The position numbers were made by a program, and so were the translations under genes. Of a stretch of 64,000 bases of DNA, positions 18,588 to 27,239 are shown in pieces. Origin of the DNA: Escherichia phage vB_EcoM_MM02; the sequence record MK373784.1, one strand, 5' to 3'. Within the stretch, counting starts at the first letter, position 1. Each line of letters opens with the position of its first letter. The notes beneath the pieces were generated by a model that ran no database searches, had not been told where the DNA came from, and saw only the letters and a list, made by a program, of their open reading frames with translations.

Positions 18588-19537
18588 TATAACACCTCAA
18601 TGGCATTTCGTAAACCATCCGCTTTCGCGTTCAGAGCTTTTAACGATTTAGTTTGTTCTGCAATCTGGGCTTCGACTTCTTTCAGACGAGATTTGAGATA
18701 TTCGCGTTCTTCTCTTAAGTTATCAACTTTTTCTGCTTTAGGCTCTTTAATAGGCTTAGGCTTATACTCGTTAGGGTTCTTCAACTTAATTTGAATGCGA
18801 GAACTGTATAACATTGAACCATTATCTTCGGTTTCATCATACATTTCTACCACGTCCATGATTCTTAACATCATGCGAAGTTTATAAGACAGCGAACGAA
18901 TGGTTTTATTGTGCTTCTTAATTTCTTCAGCTTTCATGGTGCCGAGATTACGTGAGTAATAATAAGGAACCTGAATATCAATTGATAATGATGCGGTACC
19001 ATTACCGGTTGGTTTGAACACTGCAGTAACCCAATCTTTAGCATGAACTGTATTTGTACGATCATCGCCGCCTGTGAATAATTTACGAGAATGTTTAAAA
19101 AGCATATTCACTTGGTTATTGAATTCACAAGCAAATTTATCAGCAAATTTAGTTTCAGGAATGGTAGTTAACCAATCAGCCAAATGAGTCTTTTTAACAT
19201 CATTAACAATAGTGAATTCAACCAAATCGGTTTTAGATGTCACAGATTTAATAAAGCTCGGCTTCATAAAGTTTTTAATGTTATCGCGAGCTACAGTAGA
19301 AGATAATAAACGAGAACGTTTGAACCATTGAAGCAGTGTCCCTAATGAATGAGAATATGCATTTTGAGTATCTTTACAGATATGATTTTCTTGGCCTATG
19401 TATGTACCAAAATCGCGAAGAATACCACTTACTACATCTCGGTGTGGAACATCAAATCCTAGTACACCAGAAGCACGTTGGGCATGAACGTTAGCGATAA
19501 GACCTGCAAAGTATTCAATGTAATGTGAACGTGTCAT
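18587..19537 (-). CDS. Hypothetical 316-aa protein with C-terminal coiled coil
   Basis: First of three consecutive ~320-aa ORFs each preceded by a promoter cassette. Confidence 0.5.
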   Translation of the reverse strand: MTRSHYIEYFAGLIANVHAQRASGVLGFDVPHRDVVSGILRDFGTYIGQENHICKDTQNAYSHSLGTLLQWFKRSRLLSSTVARDNIKNFMKPSFIKSVTSKTDLVEFTIVNDVKKTHLADWLTTIPETKFADKFACEFNNQVNMLFKHSRKLFTGGDDRTNTVHAKDWVTAVFKPTGNGTASLSIDIQVPYYYSRNLGTMKAEEIKKHNKTIRSLSYKLRMMLRIMDVVEMYDETEDNGSMLYSSRIQIKLKNPNEYKPKPIKEPKAEKVDNLREEREYLKSRLKEVEAQIAEQTKSLKALNAKADGLRNAIEVL

Positions 19538-19565
19538 AATATTTTCCTCTCGTTAAGATAAATTC

Positions 19566-19595
19566 ATTATACTCCAACCATCCTTGGTTGTAAAC
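19566..19595 (-). promoter_or_regulatory. Early-type promoter cassette (GTTTAC, 18-nt spacer with caacca/tggttg IR, TATAAT)
   Basis: 27 of its 30 nt recur at 20586..20612. Confidence 0.5.
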
Positions 19596-19599
19596 TGAT

Positions 19600-20559
19600 T
19601 TATGATTTTAACGCATTCATTGCGTTAAAAAGTTTAGAGTACTGCAACTGGAGCTTGGTAACTACTTGTTGAGCATCACGAAGCTTAGCTTGTGCTTTGT
19701 CAAGTTCAACAGACAGTTGGTCCATAGTGGCCTTGATTTGATTATAATGGTAATCTTCGACCGGAAGAAGGTCATTAGAAACATTTAGTTTTACTGCAGA
19801 CAGTTTGCACACATTTGGCAAACCTTTAAACATTGATTTACCCGAAGTAGAATAAGCACTTAGGACTTCGGCCTGTTCAATTGGGGTTGCAGTAATTGAC
19901 GCTTCGAACGTTGCATTTTCCTTTTTAAGATTTTGATAGTATTCAGAGTCTTTGTGCCACCATGGCGCAGGAACCTTTTTACCAATAGATACACGAGCCT
20001 GGATAGCGATATGGCCCTTATTCTTGATAGTGTTGATAATATTAAGCTCACGAGAATAAATTGCTTTAATCTGGTGGATATTATCACCTAAAACTTCCAA
20101 CGCTTGGTGGAATACACGAGCAACGTTATCATTCTTAGGTTTATACGTAAGAGTGAACTCGTTCTCACTGATAACCATGATTTCTAACTTATCGTAAGTA
20201 TATTTCAAATGTTTCATGTTAATTGCTTGAGGACGAATACGAGAAGCAATGGCCATCAGATTGTTAAGGTTATTCCGGAACTGCTTAGCGAAATATTGTC
20301 CTTCACCGCCAATACAAAAATTACGAAGTTTCTGTTTGGCCAATAAACGGCTGAACTCGCCATTTTTAATGAACTCTTTAACGGGTGTGTTAGTAACGCA
20401 TTCAAATTGAGTAAACTTACGAGAAGTAATACCATAATATGAACAGACTTCCTCAATCTCTTCAGGAGTCTTTACAGGCATACGGATAGGATTAGGTCCT
20501 GGAGTATATGCGTTCGAGGTAAATTCTTTGATAAGTTCTCTACGTGTAATAAAAGCCAT
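19600..20559 (-). CDS. Hypothetical 319-aa protein with C-terminal coiled coil
   Basis: Second of the triplet. Confidence 0.5.
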   Translation of the reverse strand: MAFITRRELIKEFTSNAYTPGPNPIRMPVKTPEEIEEVCSYYGITSRKFTQFECVTNTPVKEFIKNGEFSRLLAKQKLRNFCIGGEGQYFAKQFRNNLNNLMAIASRIRPQAINMKHLKYTYDKLEIMVISENEFTLTYKPKNDNVARVFHQALEVLGDNIHQIKAIYSRELNIINTIKNKGHIAIQARVSIGKKVPAPWWHKDSEYYQNLKKENATFEASITATPIEQAEVLSAYSTSGKSMFKGLPNVCKLSAVKLNVSNDLLPVEDYHYNQIKATMDQLSVELDKAQAKLRDAQQVVTKLQLQYSKLFNAMNALKS

Positions 20560-20585
20560 TTTATATTCCTCATGTTGAAAAATTT

Positions 20586-20612
20586 ATTATACTCCAACCA
20601 TCCTTGGTTGTA
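20586..20612 (-). promoter_or_regulatory. Promoter cassette, duplicate of 19566..19592
   Basis: Identical 27-mer attatactccaaccatccttggttgta. Confidence 0.5.
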
Positions 20613-20614
20613 CA

Positions 20615-21610
20615 TCATTCCTTAAGAAGTTTTACTACTTGAATAAGATTAGCTCGTTCTGTTTTATTTTTACCGTTTAAGCCTGCTAATCGTGAGATTT
20701 CATCGTCAGTCTGTTGAATAGTTACATTAAGTTCGTTAATCAAAGCTTCAAAGTATTTGATTTGCTCGGCATGTTTTGATTCAAATTTCTGAACAGGAAT
20801 AACGTCTTGGTTCAGTTCATCAATAAGGTCTTTAAGAGCATCTTCTTGGTTGATATCATATTCAACTTCTTTTATTTCTTCAACGAGCTCGTCTTTATAT
20901 CTAACGTCTTTTAGTCCTGGTGCTGGTCCTGAAATCTCTTCTTTAAGAGTACAAACATATCCAATACGGTATCCAATGCCGTCTCGCTTGATATCAACTT
21001 CGTCGATAAATCCACAATGTTTAAGTCCAGAGCCGATTATGTCAAAATATCCTTGACGTCGTCCTTCAAACGTTACACGAACTACTAAGACAGTTTTGCC
21101 ACCGACCTTTTGAAGCTCACATTTATAAAAGTTTGTTGAACCTGAATAACATGGATGAGTTTTAAAGTTCATCTGACGATCTAGGCCCATTTGTAAACGT
21201 GCTGTTACGGCCATAAAACGTGTTTGGTTCTCGTTAAGATGAGCAACAATCCATTTCAAAGGCATTTTACCCTGTTCACGGCCGAACAAATCAGTACGTC
21301 CTAGATTACGCAGGATGTTGTTAGAGTTAATCATCGACAGAACGTTAAGTTTATTCAGCGCGCTGAAGATTCCATCAGCCATTGATTTTCCATAACCTTT
21401 ACACGCTTTAATAAGTGCTCGCGGCAGATTAGTATAGATTTCAGACGGCATATGAAAATCAAATTTACTAGTCAGTAATTGATGAACTTGGATAGCAATT
21501 TGCTCATAATTAAGTGCTCTGCGATCGTTATGGTCTTTAAACCATACTTTAATCTGTGAAGCACATAAACCGTTAATTTCATGTTTTACCGCATCAGATG
21601 TAATGCTCAT
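20615..21610 (-). CDS. Hypothetical 331-aa protein with C-terminal coiled coil
   Basis: Third of the triplet. Confidence 0.5.
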   Translation of the reverse strand: MSITSDAVKHEINGLCASQIKVWFKDHNDRRALNYEQIAIQVHQLLTSKFDFHMPSEIYTNLPRALIKACKGYGKSMADGIFSALNKLNVLSMINSNNILRNLGRTDLFGREQGKMPLKWIVAHLNENQTRFMAVTARLQMGLDRQMNFKTHPCYSGSTNFYKCELQKVGGKTVLVVRVTFEGRRQGYFDIIGSGLKHCGFIDEVDIKRDGIGYRIGYVCTLKEEISGPAPGLKDVRYKDELVEEIKEVEYDINQEDALKDLIDELNQDVIPVQKFESKHAEQIKYFEALINELNVTIQQTDDEISRLAGLNGKNKTERANLIQVVKLLKE

Positions 21611-21672
21611 AACTATTTCCTCAGATTGAATTGGAACTCAAAACCATTATAACCCGTCCTTGGGTAAAGCGT

Positions 21673-22200
21673 TTATGCGTGAACCGTCTTTAAACGTTCT
21701 TCAAATTTCCGAAGAGTACTAATACGTTCTGCTTTCTGTTTTGTATAGTTTGCAATACGTTCTGAAGTGAGAGCGTATCGTTCGTTTACTGATTCTTTCA
21801 TGAAGTCAGGGATTTCACGAGAAGCTTTAATTTCATCAAACTTATCGAGTACTGCCTGGTCTTCAGCGATTAAATTTTCGTACATCTCGATATCTTTCTT
21901 GATAAACTCGATATCTTCCTGGGTTACTTTGGATAAACGAGATGCTTTATCCTTTTTGTACTGCTCGTTAGTTTCACGAGACCAGAATAATGTACGTTTT
22001 TTGTTAGTGTTTTTGTAGACTTCCACAATTCCAACTGAATCGATGATAACAATCCAATTCCAGCGAGATTTGAAAATCTGGCCTCCGTCCACGGTAATCT
22101 CGTTACCATAAGCAATGTCATTAAAGAACTTACTTTGTGCTTCAGATTTAAATTTACCGTCGTTATAATTTACCAGGTTGAAAATATCTTTAGCGTTCAT
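21673..22200 (-). CDS. Hypothetical protein
   Basis: 175-aa ORF. Confidence 0.45.
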   Translation of the reverse strand: MNAKDIFNLVNYNDGKFKSEAQSKFFNDIAYGNEITVDGGQIFKSRWNWIVIIDSVGIVEVYKNTNKKRTLFWSRETNEQYKKDKASRLSKVTQEDIEFIKKDIEMYENLIAEDQAVLDKFDEIKASREIPDFMKESVNERYALTSERIANYTKQKAERISTLRKFEERLKTVHA

Positions 22201-22218
22201 GTTTTACCTCCAGTAGTT

Positions 22219-22256
22219 GATAGGTCTATAATAACATAACCATAGACCTTGTAAAC
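22219..22256 (-). promoter_or_regulatory. Promoter/stem-loop cassette (aggtctat/atagacct arms, GTTTAC -35)
   Basis: IR flanks an ATTAT-rich -10 region; gtaaac on the plus strand at its distal end. Confidence 0.45.
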
Positions 22257-22258
22257 AA

Positions 22259-22546
22259 CTAAAAGAAACTTTTTTCGGTATTTTTTCCACTGAACCAAAC
22301 AGACTTCGGGATTTTTTGTAATTTTTCAGATTTAAGTTTCTCTTCCTGTTCTTTCTTATATACACCCTTGTCGTACTGGAGCATCTCTATGGCATTCTTT
22401 TGCAAACGATCTAAGGTAATTAAGGCTTTAGTTTTTCCTTTCAAGGAAGAGTCCTGGCGAACCTCCTCGCTATATTGCATAGTAGAACTAACCATACGAT
22501 GAGCATAGAGTTCGACTGCGGCTTTAATTTTTTGCATAAAATCCAT
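22259..22546 (-). CDS. Hypothetical protein
   Basis: 95-aa ORF. Confidence 0.4.
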   Translation of the reverse strand: MDFMQKIKAAVELYAHRMVSSTMQYSEEVRQDSSLKGKTKALITLDRLQKNAIEMLQYDKGVYKKEQEEKLKSEKLQKIPKSVWFSGKNTEKSFF

Positions 22547-22683
22547 AACATATCCTCTTTGATTTGTACATCATTATTTTAAATATTTCTATGCCCTCAG
22601 TAGGTTCCTGGTGTCCTTCTTTGAGGTAAGCCATATGATTATTCATCTTTATGGCTTTTGTTACCTCAGAACTTCCTATAAGC

Positions 22684-23685
22684 TTATTTCAGTAAAGTAA
22701 CTTCCGAGATTTCCTCCCAACCATCTTTATCAGTTGAAATAAAATCTGCTACATAAAGAGCCGTACGTAATGATACATTGCGAAGACGAGATACGTTAGC
22801 CTTCATCCAGGACAATGCTTTATACGTTTCTGCATCAGTCAGACCACGTTTCTGCATCATGTCAGTAGATAATATTACATCTTCAACTCGAACCATAATC
22901 TCTTCATTAGAGTGTACTCCAAGGTCGAGATACACTGAACGAGATACTAAAGCTTGAAGGTGTGGAGCAAGTTTCGAACCCCGTTCTAACTCTTTATCGA
23001 TATCAACGTTTGTAATGAAAACGATAGTACCTTCAAACTCAAATTCTTTATCAATACCCTTATCCTCGAGATAAGATGACGCAGTGCTCCAACAAACTTT
23101 GCGTTTATCTCCGGTGTCTAATGCTGCTTTAAGAAGATTCAAGATGTCCATATCTGAGAATACGTCAACGTCGTCGATTAAGAGAACGCTGTCTGCATCA
23201 CGGTTGAGCCAAAGTTGTTCGTAAAGGCCAATACCAGAGATTTTACCATTAATGCTTTTGTATTTGATGAAACCGTTATCATTAGCATTATTAAGTGCTT
23301 TATCCAGAGAATACGTCTTACCAATACCGGCTGCACCTGAAATAATGAGTGAACGAATTTTGCCATCGATAATGCCATTCGTCATCATGTTCATTACTTT
23401 AAAGCGTTTGTTGATACGAGTTTTCATATCTTCAGTGCTTTCAACAACTGCAACTGGTGATGTCTCAACTCCTTCCATTACGATGTCTGATTTGAAGACC
23501 CATACTCCACGTTCAGAACCATCAATCATAACGAAAATTTTACCATCACCTAAGTGGGAACATTCAGGATTAAGCTTTGCCGGGAACCAGGTCTTTGTGG
23601 CAACATAAGAACCAGAGATTTCGTTATTACGATAGATACCTTTTTTGATTTGAATGTTGAACATTTTATTCTCCAATTTACTCAT
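22684..23685 (-). CDS. Predicted P-loop NTPase (AAA-like)
   Basis: 333 aa; Walker A GAAGIGKT and Walker B VLLIDDVD after a ~110-aa N-terminal domain. Confidence 0.6.
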   Translation of the reverse strand: MSKLENKMFNIQIKKGIYRNNEISGSYVATKTWFPAKLNPECSHLGDGKIFVMIDGSERGVWVFKSDIVMEGVETSPVAVVESTEDMKTRINKRFKVMNMMTNGIIDGKIRSLIISGAAGIGKTYSLDKALNNANDNGFIKYKSINGKISGIGLYEQLWLNRDADSVLLIDDVDVFSDMDILNLLKAALDTGDKRKVCWSTASSYLEDKGIDKEFEFEGTIVFITNVDIDKELERGSKLAPHLQALVSRSVYLDLGVHSNEEIMVRVEDVILSTDMMQKRGLTDAETYKALSWMKANVSRLRNVSLRTALYVADFISTDKDGWEEISEVTLLK

Positions 23686-23782
23686 TTCGTTTCGATAGGT
23701 CTATAGTATCATATCCTAAAAGCATGTACACTACTTTTTAAAAATATTTTAACCCCCTAAAGGGACCCGAAGGTCCCCACAT

Positions 23783-24049
23783 TTACTTATCGCACTTAGC
23801 AACATAATTAGGCATATCACAGAATACGGAGCGAGTAACTACTCGTCCCTTTGACCATGCTTCAGTTGCTTGTCCGGCCGTGCTATTAATATAGCTTGAT
23901 TTGATATTCTCAATACCCTGAGAATGTGATGCATTTACCGAACCGTTGGAAGGCCCAGAAGACTGGTTACCACCAGCTCCTGTACCTGTGGTAGCACCAA
24001 CAGAGAATGCCATCATTACTGCGAATAAACCAATTACTAATTTTTTCAT
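23783..24049 (-). CDS. Hypothetical secreted small protein
   Basis: 88 aa; N-terminal signal-peptide-like MKKLVIGLFAVMMAFSVGA; Gly/Ser-rich. Confidence 0.45.
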   Translation of the reverse strand: MKKLVIGLFAVMMAFSVGATTGTGAGGNQSSGPSNGSVNASHSQGIENIKSSYINSTAGQATEAWSKGRVVTRSVFCDMPNYVAKCDK

Positions 24050-24080
24050 ATTTACCTCAAGTTAAGAGTTATTTATCTAC

Positions 24081-25067
24081 TTATTTATAGTAAGAATTAT
24101 GATTTTCGAGATAGACTTGCTCAAGGAAATCATCCCAGAAACTCATATCTACTTTTTGTTGCATACCGTTCTTAGCGGCTTGTTCTGATGCTTGTTCTAC
24201 CTGGTCAACAATGTCTTCCAGGAATTCTTGTACAGTTTTAAACGTATGTTTACCAAGCTTAACATCGAGAATAAATGGAGCATCCTGAAGTGGGTAAACC
24301 AGGTCGCCGGTTTTGTAAATTTCCAATAATTGAAGTCCACCACGACATGCATGACTCAATGCTTTCCAGTCAATACCTTCGTTAGCTTCTGCCTTACGAG
24401 CACGTTCACCATAGTTCTCTTCCAGTTTAACCAGGATGGCATTGAACTCTTTATTGGTTAACGTATCTTGGAATTTACGGTCTAACAGATTATAGAATGT
24501 TTGCTTACCTGTTTTCTCGTTTTCGGTTTCAACCCACGAAGCAAATTCACCTACAGGCAGAACATTCTTCATATGTGATAAACGAATTACTGCACCATTA
24601 TCAAAGTATTGTCCCCATTCATTAGAACGTTTAAGGGCTTGACGAAGAACAGCCAGTCGAGAACCCTTGACGCCGTATTTAGAAGCTTGCTTACGGACAT
24701 ACCCTAAATAAGATTTCATGTTAGTGGTATAGAAACGAGACCTGTTATCTTGAATATATTTCCATACATCAGGCAAATCAGATTTAACTACTAGACTTTG
24801 TGGAGTGTGAAGCATATCTAATGCGACGGTTTCACCATCCGCAGCTAGTTTAAAGAAATATTTGAGACTATACAACTCATGGTCCACGTCGTCTTTTGTG
24901 TTCTTAGAAGATGTGTTATTCGTGTTCTTGCTCATGTGTTCTTTAACGTTACCAGTCAAGATATCACGAGCATGAGGGACATAAATTTCTTTAAAATCGA
25001 CGTCAGATTCGGGAGTAGACGTTCCGTAAAGGTGGCTACCAAAGTAAGCCTTAACAATCGTTTTCAT
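24081..25067 (-). CDS. Predicted Pol-beta-superfamily nucleotidyltransferase
   Basis: 328 aa; N-terminal FGSHLYGTSTPESDVDF fits the hG[GS]x9-13DhD NTase signature; start overlaps the stop of the upstream membrane-protein ORF. Confidence 0.55.
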   Translation of the reverse strand: MKTIVKAYFGSHLYGTSTPESDVDFKEIYVPHARDILTGNVKEHMSKNTNNTSSKNTKDDVDHELYSLKYFFKLAADGETVALDMLHTPQSLVVKSDLPDVWKYIQDNRSRFYTTNMKSYLGYVRKQASKYGVKGSRLAVLRQALKRSNEWGQYFDNGAVIRLSHMKNVLPVGEFASWVETENEKTGKQTFYNLLDRKFQDTLTNKEFNAILVKLEENYGERARKAEANEGIDWKALSHACRGGLQLLEIYKTGDLVYPLQDAPFILDVKLGKHTFKTVQEFLEDIVDQVEQASEQAAKNGMQQKVDMSFWDDFLEQVYLENHNSYYK

Positions 25068-25540
25068 TATTTAGCCTTATATTCAAGAGTAGGACAGACT
25101 TTTTCTTTACGAGCTTTAAGGTATTCACCTATTAATGATTTCTTACGTTCAATAGGCTCAAGTCCATTTTTAATTCGTTCTTGGTTTTGTGCAATGAGCT
25201 CAATTTCTTTATAATATTTTCTGTCGGTATATTTGTCTAACAACCAAGACGGACCAATTACCAACCCGGTAGCAATAAAAGCCATGACTGCTACCATTAA
25301 AATGCCTACACCAATTGAGGCTGGAACTAATGTCCATAGACTGCTAAAAACAAAGAATTTAGTTAAAATTTCCTGGCCAATGATTGTGACTGCTGCTAAA
25401 ATCGCAAATCCAATAATTGAAACAGCCAATACAGGGATTAACGTTTTCCAAAAATAAGCACACAACGTTTTCGGACGATTCCATGTACTATTGAACGCGG
25501 CATAAATTTTAAAGTGCCAAGAGTTTTCATTGATAATCAT
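25067..25540 (-). CDS. Hypothetical membrane protein (about 3 TM helices)
   Basis: 157 aa; translationally coupled to the NTase gene. Confidence 0.5.
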   Translation of the reverse strand: MIINENSWHFKIYAAFNSTWNRPKTLCAYFWKTLIPVLAVSIIGFAILAAVTIIGQEILTKFFVFSSLWTLVPASIGVGILMVAVMAFIATGLVIGPSWLLDKYTDRKYYKEIELIAQNQERIKNGLEPIERKKSLIGEYLKARKEKVCPTLEYKAK

Positions 25541-25550
25541 AATAATTTCC

Positions 25551-26084
25551 TTATTTCAAGGTTGGGATAATAGAATCAAGATAAGCTTTAAGAGCAACTG
25601 CTTCATCTTTGTCTAATGTAATGATATGTTGACGAAGGTCATCAATTTGGCGAATAACTACGACATCACCATCTTCATAAGAAGGATTAACGCCTAGGAC
25701 TGTTGTATAGTCAGGGCGGTCCTGATTTGTAATAAAAGCATTACGGCATTTAGCCCATTGAAGTTTGGCCTTTTTGGCTGTTTCAGATTCCATTAATTCT
25801 TTCACCTTAGTGACGAATGTTTTCCAATTATTAATAGAAAAACATTCGTCTTCAGTTTCGATATTGGCCGCGTTGTAAAGACCAGGATAAAAACGAACTT
25901 GGAGGTCTTCACCAATGTTAATTACCTCTCGACGACGTCCAGACGGATTGAGTTTCAAAATCTTATCCAGTTCCATAGGAAGAATAGTAGCAGCATCATC
26001 TTCTTGTGTCAGAACATACACATAACCACGTTTTTCGATACATAAATCACCGAACAACTCGGTTGTTTCAATTACAGTTTTCAT
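25551..26084 (-). CDS. Hypothetical protein
   Basis: Likely start MKTVIETTEL at 26084; the track start is a TTG four codons upstream. Confidence 0.45.
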   Translation of the reverse strand: MKTVIETTELFGDLCIEKRGYVYVLTQEDDAATILPMELDKILKLNPSGRRREVINIGEDLQVRFYPGLYNAANIETEDECFSINNWKTFVTKVKELMESETAKKAKLQWAKCRNAFITNQDRPDYTTVLGVNPSYEDGDVVVIRQIDDLRQHIITLDKDEAVALKAYLDSIIPTLK

Positions 26085-26085
26085 A

Positions 26086-26265
26086 TTATTCACCAATTAA
26101 AGTTTCAACAAAATTCACCAAAGCATTCTGGCAAGCGTCAACCTGATTTTCATAAAAATCTCCGTTATCATTTACCGCATGATAAGCTACGTCATTCAAA
26201 TCTGAATCAGCTTCACGTAAGTCACGGATAAGGTCCATCAATTTATTAGCTTGTTCACGGGTCAT
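26086..26265 (-). CDS. Hypothetical 59-aa protein (below the track cutoff)
   Basis: MTREQANKLMDLIRDL...; start overlaps the stop of the next small ORF. Confidence 0.3.
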   Translation of the reverse strand: MTREQANKLMDLIRDLREADSDLNDVAYHAVNDNGDFYENQVDACQNALVNFVETLIGE

Positions 26266-26372
26266 TTTACCATACTCGTTTCAATAAGATTCACTATGCC
26301 GTTTACCATGTTATAGGTAAACATCGGATAATTGTATTGTACTACAACATAAGCGATAAGCAAAAGTTTCAT
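26262..26372 (-). CDS. Hypothetical 36-aa hydrophobic peptide
   Basis: MKLLLIAYVVVQYNYP...; sits directly downstream of a promoter cassette. Confidence 0.25.
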   Translation of the reverse strand: MKLLLIAYVVVQYNYPMFTYNMVNGIVNLIETSMVK

Positions 26373-26383
26373 TTTGTTCTCCG

Positions 26384-26433
26384 TTTGTTTTGATAGGACT
26401 ACTATAACATAGTCCTACCAAGATGTAAACTAC
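26384..26433 (-). promoter_or_regulatory. Promoter/stem-loop cassette (GTTTAC, taggacta/tagtccta IR flanking TTATAGT)
   Basis: 50-mer identical to 45091..45140. Confidence 0.55.
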
Positions 26434-26663
26434 CGATTGTGTTTTAAATGTTGATAAAGTTCTTCAACTTGTTTTGGGTCCAAAACAATTAGGTCATTTT
26501 CTTGGCGAAGATAAATCCATCCATTATCCCCAGGACCATTTTTACAAAACATCACCACCATATCATCATCTTCAGCGCTTTCAGGTAAAAGTTCAAGTAC
26601 ACCGTCTTCAGATTTTCCAGTATAATCGTAAAGCATAATATCCTCACATAATCTCGTTAACAT
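26430..26663 (-). CDS. Hypothetical protein
   Basis: 77-aa ORF. Confidence 0.4.
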   Translation of the reverse strand: MLTRLCEDIMLYDYTGKSEDGVLELLPESAEDDDMVVMFCKNGPGDNGWIYLRQENDLIVLDPKQVEELYQHLKHNR

Positions 26664-26823
26664 ACATTTGCAATTCGGTGTGGGCTTCAGCCATCTTTTT
26701 CATAGCTCTGTTAATGTCGATGTCTCCATCTTCGCAACCATGAGCATTTTCCCAATCGGATACAGAATTAGCATACTCTTCAATCAAAAACATCAACTTA
26801 GAAATCTTTTCTTTACGTGTCAT
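26644..26823 (-). CDS. Hypothetical small protein
   Basis: Likely start MTRKEKISKL with GAGGAG SD; the upstream extension lies inside a promoter cassette. Confidence 0.35.
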   Translation of the reverse strand: MTRKEKISKLMFLIEEYANSVSDWENAHGCEDGDIDINRAMKKMAEAHTELQMYVNEIM

Positions 26824-26829
26824 AACGTT

Positions 26830-26879
26830 CTCCTCTAGTAAGTAAGGACTACTATAACACAACCTGAGGAGAAGTAAAC
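26830..26879 (-). promoter_or_regulatory. Promoter cassette with SD-containing inverted repeat (ctcctc/gaggag)
   Basis: GTTTAC at the distal end; the 3' arm of the IR carries the GAGGAG SD of the downstream ORF. Confidence 0.45.
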
Positions 26880-26894
26880 TGATAGATGCCAAAA

Positions 26895-26918
26895 AGCCCC
26901 AACCATAAGGAAGGGGCT
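26895..26918 (-). terminator. Structured terminator-like hairpin (agcccc..ggggct with internal loop) followed by T-run on minus strand
   Basis: Downstream of the rI stop; a near-identical element recurs at 42243..42264. Confidence 0.5.
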
Positions 26919-26924
26919 AGTAAA

Positions 26925-27227
26925 TTAGATAGATGTAGGCTCTAATTTTATTTTCATGAACTCGGCAAATTGTCTGGCAGTTTTTATGCCTTGTTCATGA
27001 CATTCAAATGCATCATCACAGGGACTATTTTTGTAATGCTTTGCCATATACTTATAGAATTTTTCAGAATTCTCGACATTTTGAATTTCAAACAAAGTAT
27101 ATACGTTTTTAATCCCTGATTCCATAAAGTTATCAAAATATGGGTCGATATGTGCAGTACCAACGATAGGAGTTGTTGCTGCAAAAAACCCCAGCATCGC
27201 TATGACAGCTATCGCTCTTAAGGCCAT
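26925..27227 (-). CDS. rI: Lysis-inhibition regulator RI
   Basis: 100 aa; N-terminal signal-anchor; ...DPYFDNFMESGIKNVYTLFE... recognised as T4 RI; adjacent to tk as in T4. Confidence 0.8.
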   Translation of the reverse strand: MALRAIAVIAMLGFFAATTPIVGTAHIDPYFDNFMESGIKNVYTLFEIQNVENSEKFYKYMAKHYKNSPCDDAFECHEQGIKTARQFAEFMKIKLEPTSI

Positions 27228-27239
27228 ATAGGCCTCCTG

